Assembly (NCBI GenBank): GCA_035571915.1
Contig: DATNBM010000093.1
Location: forward strand, 24,237 to 88,236
Reading direction: 5' to 3'
Length of the DNA stretch: 64,000 bases
Origin: Solirubrobacteraceae bacterium
GTDB taxonomy: Bacteria > Actinomycetota > Thermoleophilia > Solirubrobacterales > Solirubrobacteraceae
Below the pieces are notes generated by a model. That model did no database searches. It had not been told where the DNA came from and worked only from the letters and a program-made list of their open reading frames with translations. The translations under genes and the position numbers were made by a program. Positions 53,716 to 63,524 of the stretch are shown piece by piece. Every line of letters begins with the position of its first letter. Positions within the stretch are counted from its first letter, which is position 1.

Positions 53716-54374
53716 CCCGTCGGGAGCCAGTCCAGAAACGAAGCAGGGAGCGGGTCGAGGCGATCCTCAGGGCGGCCCAGGAGCTGCTCGCCGAGCGCGG
53801 CGTCGAGGGGCTGACGACGCGAACGCTTGCGAGCTACTCGGGGATCCCCGTCGCGACGATCTACCGGTACTTCGAGGACCGCGACGCGATCATCGGCGCC
53901 TACCTCGACCATGAGCTGGCGTCGATCGACCGGGCCGTCGAAGAGGCGCTGATGTCGCTCGAGCGCGTCACCTTCCGCTCGATGGCGGAGGCCGTCGCGA
54001 TCGCCCACCTGCGCCACCACCAGGCCCACCCGGAGGGGATTCCCGTCTGGTTCGGGACGCGCCTGAACGCGGCCGTCCACGACAGCGTCCGCCAGCTGGA
54101 CGCGCGACTGGCCTCCTCGCTGCACGCCGCCACGCGCGGCGCGGGCTTCATCGAGGACGGCCCGCACTTCGGCGCGGGCCTGATCGTGCGGCTCTGGGAC
54201 CGGACGTTCGAGCACATCTTTCGGATCGAGCGCGGCGCCGCCGAACAGGAGGCGATCGCGCGCGACGTGATCGACATGATCGCCTCCTACATGGAGCGCT
54301 TCGCGACGCCCGCGGGCCTGGAGGGGATCTCCAGCGAGGAGTTCCTGCGCGTGTTCCGCCCGGCGCGGGTCTGA
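53712..54374 (+). CDS. TetR family regulator
   Basis: P.Q.RS..RV..IL and ATIYRYF HTH. Confidence 0.92.
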   Translation: MTRREPVQKRSRERVEAILRAAQELLAERGVEGLTTRTLASYSGIPVATIYRYFEDRDAIIGAYLDHELASIDRAVEEALMSLERVTFRSMAEAVAIAHLRHHQAHPEGIPVWFGTRLNAAVHDSVRQLDARLASSLHAATRGAGFIEDGPHFGAGLIVRLWDRTFEHIFRIERGAAEQEAIARDVIDMIASYMERFATPAGLEGISSEEFLRVFRPARV

Positions 54375-54410
54375 GCGGCGGGCGCGCGGGGAGCGGCGGG
54401 CGCGATCCGC

Positions 54411-54788
54411 TCAGGCGTAGCGGTGGTGGAGGATCAGTGGGTTCCCGTCGGGGTCGCTGAAGATCGCCTGGTGGCAGACGCCCGAGTCGAAGGCGGCGTG
54501 GAAGCTCACTCCCTTCGCTTCGAGCGCGGCCTGCGAGGCGGCGACGTCGTCGACCTGGAGGGCGATCGGGGCGCTGTTGGGGCGCGCCTCGGCCTGGCCG
54601 AAGCCGCTGGGGTCGAAGACGGCGATCGTCAGGTTGCCGGCCTGGAACTCGGTCGCGGGGCGGTCGCCCCAGCGCTTGCCCTGCTCGAGGCCCAGTGTCT
54701 CGGCGTAGAAGCTGACCGCCCGGTCGTGGTCGCCGGTCGGGATGCAGACGAAGTCGACGCCGGTGACCATCGTCTCGGTGGTGCTCAT
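54411..54788 (-). CDS. VOC/glyoxalase family protein (paralog of 50005-50400)
   Basis: GVDFV, FY.ETLGL, D.GVCH and DPDGN..LHHRYA shared with the first copy. Confidence 0.9.
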   Translation of the reverse strand: MSTTETMVTGVDFVCIPTGDHDRAVSFYAETLGLEQGKRWGDRPATEFQAGNLTIAVFDPSGFGQAEARPNSAPIALQVDDVAASQAALEAKGVSFHAAFDSGVCHQAIFSDPDGNPLILHHRYA

Positions 54789-54934
54789 CGCGGCTCCTTC
54801 GGTCGGGTGACGCCGCAGCGCGGCGAGGGTTCCGGGCCACGATACGCGCAGCCCGCGCGCGAGCGTGCCGATCGCGGGGGCGAGGGCGGGGTACGCTCGC
54901 TGCCGATCGGCGGGGGCGGGGTAGGATCTGCCAG

Positions 54935-55480
54935 ATGCCGGCGCGCCTCTACTTCACCAACTCCGACGAGGCCAACGAGCTGATCGCGAAGGACGCGATG
55001 GCGCTCCTGATCGGGTTCGCGCTGGACCAGCAGGTGACGGTCCCGAAGGCCTTCACGGGACCGCTCGCGATCAAGGAGCGCCTCGGCACGCTCGACCCCG
55101 CGAAGCTCGCCGCGGCCGACCTCGAGCCGGTCTTCCGCGAGAAACCCGCGATCCACCGCTTCCCGGCGAAAATGGCCGAACGAGTCCACGACCTCTCCGC
55201 GCACGTCCGCGACGAGTACGGGGGCGACGCCGCCCGCGTCTGGAAAGACGCGAAGAACGGCGATCAGCTGCGAGCGAACATCGAAGGCCTGCCGGGCTTC
55301 GGCGAGATGAAGGTCAAGTCGCTAGGCGCCGTGCTAGCCAAGCGCTACAAGCTCGCGAAGGCGAAGAGCCTGGTGCCGCCGCACCCTACACTCGGGGACG
55401 TCGACTCGCCCCAGGCGCTCGTCGACTACCAGGCCGCGAAGCGGGCGCACAAGGCCGAGTGGTCGAAGATGAAGAGCTGA
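54935..55480 (+). CDS. HhH-GPD-type base-excision repair family protein
   Basis: LL.G..LDQQV...AF.GP, PAIHRFP..MA and LPGFG..K. Confidence 0.85.
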   Translation: MPARLYFTNSDEANELIAKDAMALLIGFALDQQVTVPKAFTGPLAIKERLGTLDPAKLAAADLEPVFREKPAIHRFPAKMAERVHDLSAHVRDEYGGDAARVWKDAKNGDQLRANIEGLPGFGEMKVKSLGAVLAKRYKLAKAKSLVPPHPTLGDVDSPQALVDYQAAKRAHKAEWSKMKS

Positions 55481-55493
55481 GACGAGTCCGTAC

Positions 55494-56180
55494 ATGCCGG
55501 ACTTGGCTTGCCTCGCATTCCAGGGCCAGTGGCGGTTTGGCTGGACAGCGCTCGCAGCCATCGGCACACTCGTGCTCGCGGTCGTCACCGCACTACTCGC
55601 TTGGTCAACTCGAAAACTAGCCGACGCCAGCACCGCTGACCAACAGGCCCAGTGGCGTCCCGTGCTCTCAGTCAATCCTGACGGCAAAGTCGACTACGAC
55701 GAGCCCAACAACCTCCTCGCCTTCACGGTACGCAACGTGGGTCGCGGACCCGCGTTCGGCACGAATGCGCAGGTACGATCGGGGACCAGATCGCTCGGGT
55801 CGTCGATACCGGGGCTTGGCGCACCGGCCCTCGCGCCTGAAGAGGCGTTCTATCTCCAGTGCAACATCAACGACTCCCGTCAGCCCAAGAGAGGCATACG
55901 CGGGATCGTCGTGGATGTCGAAGTGACCTACTACGACGTGACTGAATACTGGCACAAGACCTTCGTCAGGATCGCGGGATTTCGTCCGCCACGCAGCATC
56001 GGCGACCTGTCTGTGCAACCAACTCTGCGGATCGCGAGCGTGTTCTTCGAGCAGACAGAGAACCGCCTTCTACCCGTGACTGGCTCGCCCCGAGCCCGAG
56101 AGCAAGCCCGCGCTGCTGAACAGTTCTGGTGGAAGCGGCAGTGGGCGCGGGTGTGGCGCCGCGTGCCCCGCGACGGCTGA
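55494..56180 (+). CDS. Hypothetical single-TM protein, lower GC
   Basis: TM at N-terminus, NVGRGPA motif; more A/T-ending codons. Start uncertain. Confidence 0.6.
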   Translation: MPDLACLAFQGQWRFGWTALAAIGTLVLAVVTALLAWSTRKLADASTADQQAQWRPVLSVNPDGKVDYDEPNNLLAFTVRNVGRGPAFGTNAQVRSGTRSLGSSIPGLGAPALAPEEAFYLQCNINDSRQPKRGIRGIVVDVEVTYYDVTEYWHKTFVRIAGFRPPRSIGDLSVQPTLRIASVFFEQTENRLLPVTGSPRAREQARAAEQFWWKRQWARVWRRVPRDG

Positions 56181-56452
56181 CGCGGCGCTGGCGCACACGA
56201 GCAGGGCGTGGCTCGTTGGTTGGACAGCGTGGTCTGTCTTCGTACGGCCTTTCGCGAGCCCGTACACAGCCGGCCGGATCGCGAAGCCTTCTTACAGGCC
56301 GTGGCCGCGCACCCCCGAGCTTGACAGCCGCAGCCGCGGCGTCCCAAGCGGACGGGTCGCAAGGAGCCTCGACGGGCGGCGTGTAAGACTTCCCACCGTG
56401 GCCGCCGCGACCGCAACCCCACCTGCCGGCCACGGATGAGAGCGTAAGCGCG

Positions 56453-57607
56453 ATGCGCCCGGGCCTCGCGGCCTCACTGGGCATCTTCTTCACCGCGCTG
56501 CTGTGCTTCATCTCGATCGGAGCGGCGCTCCCGACGCTGCCCACATTCGTGCGCGGCCCGCTGCACTCGGGCGACGTCGCCGTCGGGCTCGTCGTCGGCT
56601 CCTTCGCCCTCACCTCGGTCGTGTGCCGCCCGGTGGCCGGGCGTCAGTCCGACCGCCGCGGGCGGCGGGTCGTGATGGTCGCGGGCGCGCTCGCGATGGC
56701 GCTCGGCGGGGTGCTCTACCTGCTCGCCGACAACGTCGCGACGCTGATCCTCGCCCGCCTGGTGGTCGGCGCGGGCGAGGGCATCGTCTACACCGCCGGG
56801 GCGACGTGGGCCGTCGATCTCGCGCCCGAGGACAGGCGCGGCTTCGCGCTCGGCCTGTTCGGGCTCGCCGTCTGGGGCGGCCTCTCGCTCGGTCCGCTGG
56901 CGGGAGAGCTGCTCCGCTCCGGCGCCGGCTACGACGCCGTCTGGACGCTCGCCGCCGCCCTGCCCGCCGCCGCCGCGCTGCTCGCGCTGCGGCTGCCCGA
57001 GCCCGAGTTCCCCGCGCTGAGCCCGCAGGCGGAGCGCGAAGCGCTGCTGCCGAAGGCCGCGCACCGTCCCGGCCTCGCCCTCGCGCTCGCCAACGTCGGT
57101 TACGCGGCGCTCGCGGGGTTCGTGGTGCTCGCCCTGAAGGCCCGCGGGATCGAGGGCGGCGCGACCGTCTTCACCGCCTTCGCGGTCGCCGTCTTCGCGA
57201 GCCGTCTCGTGCTCAGCCGCGTCCCCGACCGCGCCGGGGCGCGGGCGACGGCGACGGCCGCCGGACTGCTCGAGGCGCTCGGCCTGGCCGTGATCGCGGC
57301 CGCCGGCTCGCTCGGCCTGGCGCTGGCGGGGGCGCTGATCGTCGGGGTCGGCTTCTCGATGTTGTTCCCGTCGCTCGCCCTGATGGTCGTCGGCGAGGTG
57401 ACCGACGACCGTCGCGGGACGGCTATGGGCGCCTTCACGGCCTTCTTCGACATCGGCGTCGGCCTCGGCGGCCCGATCGCGGGCGCGACGGCGGCGCTGT
57501 TCGGCTACCCCGCCGTCTTCTACCTCTCCGCGGTCGCGGCGCTCGGCACGGCCGTGCTCGCCGCCTCCCCCGAACGCACGGCCGCGACGGCGGGCGCGAG
57601 CGAGTAG
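56453..57607 (+). CDS. MFS transporter
   Basis: About 12 TMs; G..SDRRGRR motif A. Confidence 0.92.
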   Translation: MRPGLAASLGIFFTALLCFISIGAALPTLPTFVRGPLHSGDVAVGLVVGSFALTSVVCRPVAGRQSDRRGRRVVMVAGALAMALGGVLYLLADNVATLILARLVVGAGEGIVYTAGATWAVDLAPEDRRGFALGLFGLAVWGGLSLGPLAGELLRSGAGYDAVWTLAAALPAAAALLALRLPEPEFPALSPQAEREALLPKAAHRPGLALALANVGYAALAGFVVLALKARGIEGGATVFTAFAVAVFASRLVLSRVPDRAGARATATAAGLLEALGLAVIAAAGSLGLALAGALIVGVGFSMLFPSLALMVVGEVTDDRRGTAMGAFTAFFDIGVGLGGPIAGATAALFGYPAVFYLSAVAALGTAVLAASPERTAATAGASE

Positions 57608-57608
57608 C

Positions 57609-57878
57609 TCAAGACGTCCCGGCCTCCGTCTCCAGCCAGCGCCGGTAGACGCCGAGCAGCGCCGCGCGCATCGCGGGCGTGAGGTCGCGGACACGCAGGG
57701 TGCCGCTGAGCGCGATCGTCTCCCGAATCTGGTGCAGGTACTCGCTGCAGTGCTCGCAGCCCGAGAGGTGCGCGCGCAGCCGACGGCGCTCGCGCCGCGG
57801 CAGCGCGCCCTCGAGGTAGTCGGTGATCAGCTCGACCACTTCGCGGCAGGCGATCTCCTCTGCGCCCAGGAGCTTCAC
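57609..57878 (-). CDS. Zinc-finger (zf-HC2) anti-sigma factor
   Basis: C.EVVEL.TDYLEG and HLSGCEHC (HxxxCxxC). Confidence 0.9.
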   Translation of the reverse strand: MKLLGAEEIACREVVELITDYLEGALPRRERRRLRAHLSGCEHCSEYLHQIRETIALSGTLRVRDLTPAMRAALLGVYRRWLETEAGTS

Positions 57879-58573
57879 GGCGCCTCCCCGAGGCTCGCCT
57901 CTAGCGATTCGCGCATGCGGCTGCGCCCGCGGTGCAGGAGCACCCGCTGGTTGCCCTCGCTGATCTCGAGCGCCGCGCAGACCTCCTCGCTGGTCAGGCC
58001 CTCCACGTCGCGCAGCAGCACCACCTGGCGCTGGCGCGCGGGCAGCTCGCCGAGCGCCTCCCGCAACAGCCCCGAGACCGCCTCTGCGGAGAGCCGCTCG
58101 TGGCTCTCCTCGACCCAGTGACGGGGCGGCGAGGACCAGGCCCCGGCGCCGTCGAAGCGCGCGGCGTCCACCGCCGGGCCCGCGTCGCCGATCGCGACGC
58201 TGCGACTCTCGCTGACGCCCGTCGAGCGCGCCCGATTGACGAGGATGCTGAGCATCCACGTCTGCAGCGTCGAGCGCCCCGCGAAGCGGTCGATCCCACG
58301 CAGCACGCCGAGCCACGTGTCCTGAACGACCTCCTCCGCCACGGCGGGACTCGAGACGAACGTGCGGGCGAGACGCAGCATCCGGGGCTGGTGGCGGTCG
58401 ACGAGCTCCAGAAAGGCCTGCTCGTCGCCCGCGCGAAGGCGCTCGAGCAGCGCCGCGTCCTCGTCGCCGGGACGCGAGCGCGCGACGCGCCAGGCGACCG
58501 CGGCGACGCTCGCCGCCAGGTTCAGGCGCAGCGAGAGCGACGGGGCGATGCGGATGGCTGCCTGCAGGTCCAT
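57875..58573 (-). CDS. ECF RNA polymerase sigma factor
   Basis: AEEVVQDTW, F.GRS.L.TW and NQRVLLHR.R. Start uncertain. Confidence 0.92.
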   Translation of the reverse strand: MDLQAAIRIAPSLSLRLNLAASVAAVAWRVARSRPGDEDAALLERLRAGDEQAFLELVDRHQPRMLRLARTFVSSPAVAEEVVQDTWLGVLRGIDRFAGRSTLQTWMLSILVNRARSTGVSESRSVAIGDAGPAVDAARFDGAGAWSSPPRHWVEESHERLSAEAVSGLLREALGELPARQRQVVLLRDVEGLTSEEVCAALEISEGNQRVLLHRGRSRMRESLEASLGEAP

Positions 58574-58631
58574 GGGAAGGGGGTCCCGGGGGTGGGCCGG
58601 AAATACAGCGCGACCCACCCCCGGCAACCGG

Positions 58632-59768
58632 CTAGGGCGCCACGATACCCTCGCCGCCGACCGCGCCCGGAACGGTCACCGAACCGATCTCGGTGAGACC
58701 GGCGGGCGTGACCGCGTACTCGTCGACGAGCCCCTGGCCGCCCGCCTGCACGTAGAGGTTGCGTTCGTCGGAGGGCACGGCCGCGTCGACCGTCCCCGCG
58801 TCGGTCGCGGTCCGCGACACCGCCGACAGCGTCAGGGCGCCGGGGCCCTCCTGAAACCCCGTCAGCGAGGCACTGCCGGCGTTGGAGGTGTAGAAGCGCC
58901 CGCCGGCCGCGGCGATCCAGCAGGTCGCGGCCTGTTCGGTCGGCGCGGAGGCGAGCGCGACGATGTGCCCGTCGAAGCGCAGCGCGAAGGAGGCGAGCGA
59001 GTTCGCGCCGGCCTCGGTCACGAGCAGGTGCGCGTAGCGGTCGAAGTCGACCGCGAACGGAACCGCCCCCGGCAGCGGGTTGACGACAGGCGCGCCCGAC
59101 AGGCGACCGAGCGGCCCGACTCCGAACACGTCGACCGCGCTCCCGTTGGCCTTGGTCGTGACGATCAGCTGCCTCCCGTCGGGCGAGAAGGCGACCTGGC
59201 CCGGGGTGTTCACGAACTGCGGGACAGCGGAGGGGTCGAGGCTGAGCGGCCGGCCCGAGTTGGGGATCGGGAAGAGGCGACCGGCGAACAGGCGGAAGCC
59301 CTGGACCGAGCCGCCCTGCTCGGCGTTCAGCACGTAGACGAGGCCGTCGCGCTCGGCGAGCGAGACCGGGAAGGCGCCTCCCGAGGAGATCGTCTGGCGC
59401 AGGAGCAGACGGTCGCCGAAGACCGCGAAGACCGAGACCGTGCCGCTGCCCGCGTTGACCGCCAGCAGCAGCCCCTGCTCGCGATCGAGCAGCAGCGAGC
59501 CCTGCGAGGCGAGGTGATCTACGACCGAGCCTTCGAGCGCCCCGCCCAGGCCGCCGGTCGGGTAGAGGCCGGCCGGCGAGAGGATCCCCCCGGGCCCGCG
59601 GTCGTAGACCGCGATCTGGTTGCTCGCGAGGCCGTCGGTCTGCACGAACACGGGCGCGGCCTGGTGAGGCGGGTGGTGATCGCCGAGCGCGCCTGCGGGG
59701 GCCGCCGCGAGGGCGAGCGCCGCAAGGCCGCCGGCGAGCGCCACGGCGAGTCGCTTGGGTCCGTTCAT
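58632..59768 (-). CDS. Secreted lactonase-like beta-propeller protein
   Basis: Signal peptide, TGG.G, VNAGS..VSVF, FSPDG and ATCWI. Confidence 0.82.
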   Translation of the reverse strand: MNGPKRLAVALAGGLAALALAAAPAGALGDHHPPHQAAPVFVQTDGLASNQIAVYDRGPGGILSPAGLYPTGGLGGALEGSVVDHLASQGSLLLDREQGLLLAVNAGSGTVSVFAVFGDRLLLRQTISSGGAFPVSLAERDGLVYVLNAEQGGSVQGFRLFAGRLFPIPNSGRPLSLDPSAVPQFVNTPGQVAFSPDGRQLIVTTKANGSAVDVFGVGPLGRLSGAPVVNPLPGAVPFAVDFDRYAHLLVTEAGANSLASFALRFDGHIVALASAPTEQAATCWIAAAGGRFYTSNAGSASLTGFQEGPGALTLSAVSRTATDAGTVDAAVPSDERNLYVQAGGQGLVDEYAVTPAGLTEIGSVTVPGAVGGEGIVAP

Positions 59769-59833
59769 CTCGTCTTCTCCTGAAGTCGGTGGGGGTGAGC
59801 CTTCACCCCTCAGTCCGGCTCGCGGCCCGCGCG

Positions 59834-60742
59834 TTACGCGACAGGGGGCGGAGTGCCCTCGGCGCTCGCCGCGAGGGCGGGGTCCCAGTCGCAGACGGTG
59901 CAGGCGTGGCGGAACACCTCGTGGGCGAATCCGAGCGCGGTCGCGTGGGGGTCCTGCGCGCCGATCACGTCGTCCCAGTCGAGCACGTACTCGCCGAGCT
60001 CCTCCTGCCAGCGCCCTGCGGCCAGGGGCCGCCCGCCGAAACCATCCGGGGAGGGATGCGCGTATGCGTAGAAGGCGGCGCGTTCGTAGCGATCGTCGCC
60101 GGGCCACCAGCCGACGGCGACCTCCTGCGCGTCCATCGAGTTGCGCATGATGAAGTCCTTCGAGGGCGGCTCGGCGTCGCGGCCGGAGAACAGGCTCACG
60201 GCCAGGTCGAAGGAGCCCCACCAGGCGTTGACGGGAGTCGAGCGCCCGCGGAACGGCGCCCGGAAGTCGCCCAGCACGAGCCCCGCCCGGGTCGCCGCGG
60301 CGAACCAGCGGGCGGCCTGGTCGGGGTCGTAGACGCGGTGCTCCTCGTCCTCGTCGAGCGGCGCCGTCCAGGGGACCTCCTGCGGTCGCAGGTCGATCGC
60401 GAACTCCCCCACCATCTCGTGCGCCGCGACGAGCAGCTCGCGCGTCACCGCCCCGACGCTCGCGTCGAGCAGGGAGACGCGAGCGCTGCGGCCGTCGGAG
60501 TGCTCGAGCACCGCCTCGTGCACCTGCATGTCGAGCACCGCGCCGAGCGCCCCCGACCCGTCCGGGGCGGGCAGCGGGAGCGTCTGCCAGCCCCGCGTGC
60601 TCAGGTGCAGCGCCGCGTGCTGGAGCTGGGGCTCGGGCGGCGCGAGCGCGACGCAGAGCTTGCCGAGCAGCTGCGTGTGAGCGTGCAGCGTGTCGCAGGT
60701 CTCACGCCACTCCTCCAGAGGCAGGCTGGGCCACGCCGGCAT
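59834..60742 (-). CDS. DUF5996-like conserved protein
   Basis: WP.L...W..T..TLH...Q..GK, WGSFDLA...FSGR, G.WPGD and AFYAYA.P. Confidence 0.75.
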   Translation of the reverse strand: MPAWPSLPLEEWRETCDTLHAHTQLLGKLCVALAPPEPQLQHAALHLSTRGWQTLPLPAPDGSGALGAVLDMQVHEAVLEHSDGRSARVSLLDASVGAVTRELLVAAHEMVGEFAIDLRPQEVPWTAPLDEDEEHRVYDPDQAARWFAAATRAGLVLGDFRAPFRGRSTPVNAWWGSFDLAVSLFSGRDAEPPSKDFIMRNSMDAQEVAVGWWPGDDRYERAAFYAYAHPSPDGFGGRPLAAGRWQEELGEYVLDWDDVIGAQDPHATALGFAHEVFRHACTVCDWDPALAASAEGTPPPVA

Positions 60743-60854
60743 CGTGTGACCAATCTAGCGCCGAACCGGGTGGCCGCGTCGACGGTGACGCCCGAGAGAC
60801 GAAGCTGAACCAACCGGTTCACATTCGTCTCTCAGGCCGCCACCCCCCTCGCCT

Positions 60855-62999
60855 TCACGCCTCGCCGCGCGCCGGCAGCGACGGCTCGACGCGCAGCAGC
60901 CGCGCGGGCAGCGTCGGCAGCCACCAGTTCCAGCGCCCGAACAGCGACACCACGGCCGGCACGAGCAGCGCGCGGATCACTGTCGCGTCGAGGATGATCC
61001 CCGCCGCGAGGCCCGTCGCCAGCACTTTGACTTCGGTTTCCGGCCCGGAGGCGAGCGAGACGAACGCGAGGAACAGGATCAGGGCCGCGCTCGTGACGAG
61101 CCGCCCGGTACGGGCGATGCCACGCACGACGGCGCCGTCGGTCGAGCCCGTCGCGTCCCATTCCTCGCGCATGCGGGCGAGGATGAAGACCTCGTAGTCC
61201 ATCGAGAGGCCGAACAGGAACGCGAACACCATCAACGGGATCCAGGCGGTGATCGAGCCGGTCGCGGCGATCCCCCAGATCAGATTCGAGCCGTGGCCGC
61301 GCTGCCAGATCAGCTCGAGCACGCCCCAGGCCGCCCCGACGCTGATCACGTTCAGGATCACCGCCTTCAGCGGCAGCAGCAGCGAGCGGAACGCCCGCGC
61401 GAGCAGCACGAACGTGACGAGCGCGATCAGCGCGATCATCAGCGGGAAGTTGCCGTAGACGGCCTGGATGAAGTCGTGGTTCTGCGCCTGCAGCCCGCCG
61501 AGCCGGGCGCTCCCCCCGAGGCCGCGGACGGCCGTGCTGACGGCGGTCAGCAGGTTGCGCCCCGCGGCGGCCGAACCGTCGGGCTGGGGGAAGACGTCGA
61601 CCACGGCGAGACCCCCGCGGCGCCAGTCGGAGGTGTCGGGGGCGATCGCGCCGTGCACGCCGGGGATCCCCGCCAGGCGGGCCGCGACCGCCTGCGGCGA
61701 GAGGCGATCGGATTCGACCAGCACCTCGTGCGGGACGAGCGCGCCGGCGCCGATCCCGGTGCGCTCGATCGCCACGAGGCCCTGCTTGGCGTCGCCCTGC
61801 ATGGCGATCGTGTCGAGGTTGGAGAGCCCGAGCTGCAGGTTGCTCGCGGCCACGACCAGCGCCGCGAGCACGAGCGCCGCGCCGCCGGCGGCGATCCAGC
61901 GCCGTCGCACGATCAGGTTCGCCCACCGCGTCCACGAGCGGCTCGCGCGGTCGTCGTCGCGGCGGTGGGGCCAATCGAGTTTCGGACCGATCGAACGCAG
62001 CACGGCGGGGAGCAGGGTCATCGCCACGAGCACGCTGATCAGCGGGATCAGCATGCCCCCGTAGCCGACCGAGCGGAGGAACGGGAGCGGCAGCGCGACG
62101 AGCGCGAGCAGGCCGATCGCGACTGTCGTGCCGCTGAAGACGACCGCGCGCCCGGCCGTCGCCATCGCGCGTTCGATCGCCTCGTCGGGGCCGTACCCGT
62201 GGGCGCGCTCTTCGCGCCAGCGGACGACGACGAGCAGCGCGTAGTCGATCGAGACCCCGAGCCCGATCAGCGCGATCAGGAACTGGACGATCGGCGAGAC
62301 TTCGGTCACCGCCGTCAACCCCCACACGACCAGGAACGTCGTGAGGATCGCGGCGATCGCCATCATGATCGGCACGAGCGCGAGCAGCGAGCCGAACACG
62401 AAGGCCAGCACCAGCAGCGCGCCGAAGCCTCCGAACAGCGCCTCGAGCAGCACGCCCGGGCCTCCGCCGCCGCCGCTCTGGACCGACAGCGCGTCGTAGC
62501 CGGTGACGTGTACGTGCGCGCCGGCGACCGTCATCCCCGACAGCGCACGGGTCAGGTGTCGGGCGGCTTCGGGGTTGTTGCCGAACGATTCGTTCGGTTC
62601 CGGCGGCGGATAGGCGATCACGAAGGTCGTCCTGCGGTCCTTCGACAGGAACGCCGGATCGTGCGTGCCCGCCCAGCCGGCGACGCGCGCGCCCGGCACG
62701 GCGCGGCGCACGGTCGCTTCGACCGCCGCCAGTTCGGCGCCGACGCCCGGGGAGGAGATCGTCGCTCCGGCGGGGAGCGTGACGACCGGCAGCAGCGGCG
62801 AGGTGTTCCCGCCGGTGCCGCCGAAGTGGCGGTTGATCGCCTGGTTGGTGACCCAGCCTTCCTTGCCCGGAACGGAGAACTTCTGTTTGAGCGCTTTCGT
62901 CGCCGAGCCGGCCGAGGCGGCGCCGACGAGGGTCAGCACGACCCAGAAAGCGACCACGAGGCGTTTGTGGCCCAACACCCAGCGCGTCACCGATTTCAT
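60855..62999 (-). CDS. MMPL/RND family transporter
   Basis: GLGVSIDY, AGRAV.FSG.TV, FGLSMDYEVF and DAT.IR.LLVPA. Confidence 0.94.
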   Translation of the reverse strand: MKSVTRWVLGHKRLVVAFWVVLTLVGAASAGSATKALKQKFSVPGKEGWVTNQAINRHFGGTGGNTSPLLPVVTLPAGATISSPGVGAELAAVEATVRRAVPGARVAGWAGTHDPAFLSKDRRTTFVIAYPPPEPNESFGNNPEAARHLTRALSGMTVAGAHVHVTGYDALSVQSGGGGGPGVLLEALFGGFGALLVLAFVFGSLLALVPIMMAIAAILTTFLVVWGLTAVTEVSPIVQFLIALIGLGVSIDYALLVVVRWREERAHGYGPDEAIERAMATAGRAVVFSGTTVAIGLLALVALPLPFLRSVGYGGMLIPLISVLVAMTLLPAVLRSIGPKLDWPHRRDDDRASRSWTRWANLIVRRRWIAAGGAALVLAALVVAASNLQLGLSNLDTIAMQGDAKQGLVAIERTGIGAGALVPHEVLVESDRLSPQAVAARLAGIPGVHGAIAPDTSDWRRGGLAVVDVFPQPDGSAAAGRNLLTAVSTAVRGLGGSARLGGLQAQNHDFIQAVYGNFPLMIALIALVTFVLLARAFRSLLLPLKAVILNVISVGAAWGVLELIWQRGHGSNLIWGIAATGSITAWIPLMVFAFLFGLSMDYEVFILARMREEWDATGSTDGAVVRGIARTGRLVTSAALILFLAFVSLASGPETEVKVLATGLAAGIILDATVIRALLVPAVVSLFGRWNWWLPTLPARLLRVEPSLPARGEA

Positions 63000-63033
63000 C
63001 GCTTCTCCCTGGTTTCGTATCTGATCGGAATCA

Positions 63034-63046
63034 TTTGTATCACAAA
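63034..63046. promoter_or_regulatory. Palindromic putative MarR operator
   Basis: TTTGT-ATC-ACAAA in an AT-rich gap between divergent mmpL and marR. Confidence 0.6.
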
Positions 63047-63064
63047 CGATCCGTGCGGCTTAGA

Positions 63065-63514
63065 ATGCCGCCGGCGATGTGGGACAGGGGACCGATACCG
63101 GGCGAGCTCGCCCGCTTCCCGGGGTACCTCCTCGCGCGGCTCGGCGAGGCCTCGCGTAGGCGTTTCGCGGCGGCCCTGCGGGAGCACGGCCTGCACCCGC
63201 GGGACTTCGGCGTGATGACGCTGATCGCCTCACAGCCCGGGCTCACCCAGCAGCAGCTGCACGAGCAGACGGGGATCGACCCGAGCTCGATGGTCGCGGT
63301 GATCGACGAGCTCGAAGCGGTCGGCCTGGCCGAGCGCCGGCCCCATCCCGGGGACCGGCGCGCCCGCAGCATCCACCTGACCGAGCGCGGCGAGGCGACA
63401 CTAGAGCGGGTCAACGCAGTGGCGGCCGGCCTGCAGGAGGAGATGTTCGGCAGGCTCAGCAAGGACGAGCTGGCGACGCTGCACGAGCTGCTGCGCAAGC
63501 TCGCCGACGCCTGA
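63065..63514 (+). CDS. MarR family regulator
   Basis: ID.LE..GL.ER.PHP.DRRA....LT..G. Alternative start at 63077. Confidence 0.92.
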   Translation: MPPAMWDRGPIPGELARFPGYLLARLGEASRRRFAAALREHGLHPRDFGVMTLIASQPGLTQQQLHEQTGIDPSSMVAVIDELEAVGLAERRPHPGDRRARSIHLTERGEATLERVNAVAAGLQEEMFGRLSKDELATLHELLRKLADA

Positions 63515-63524
63515 TCGCCCGGCT

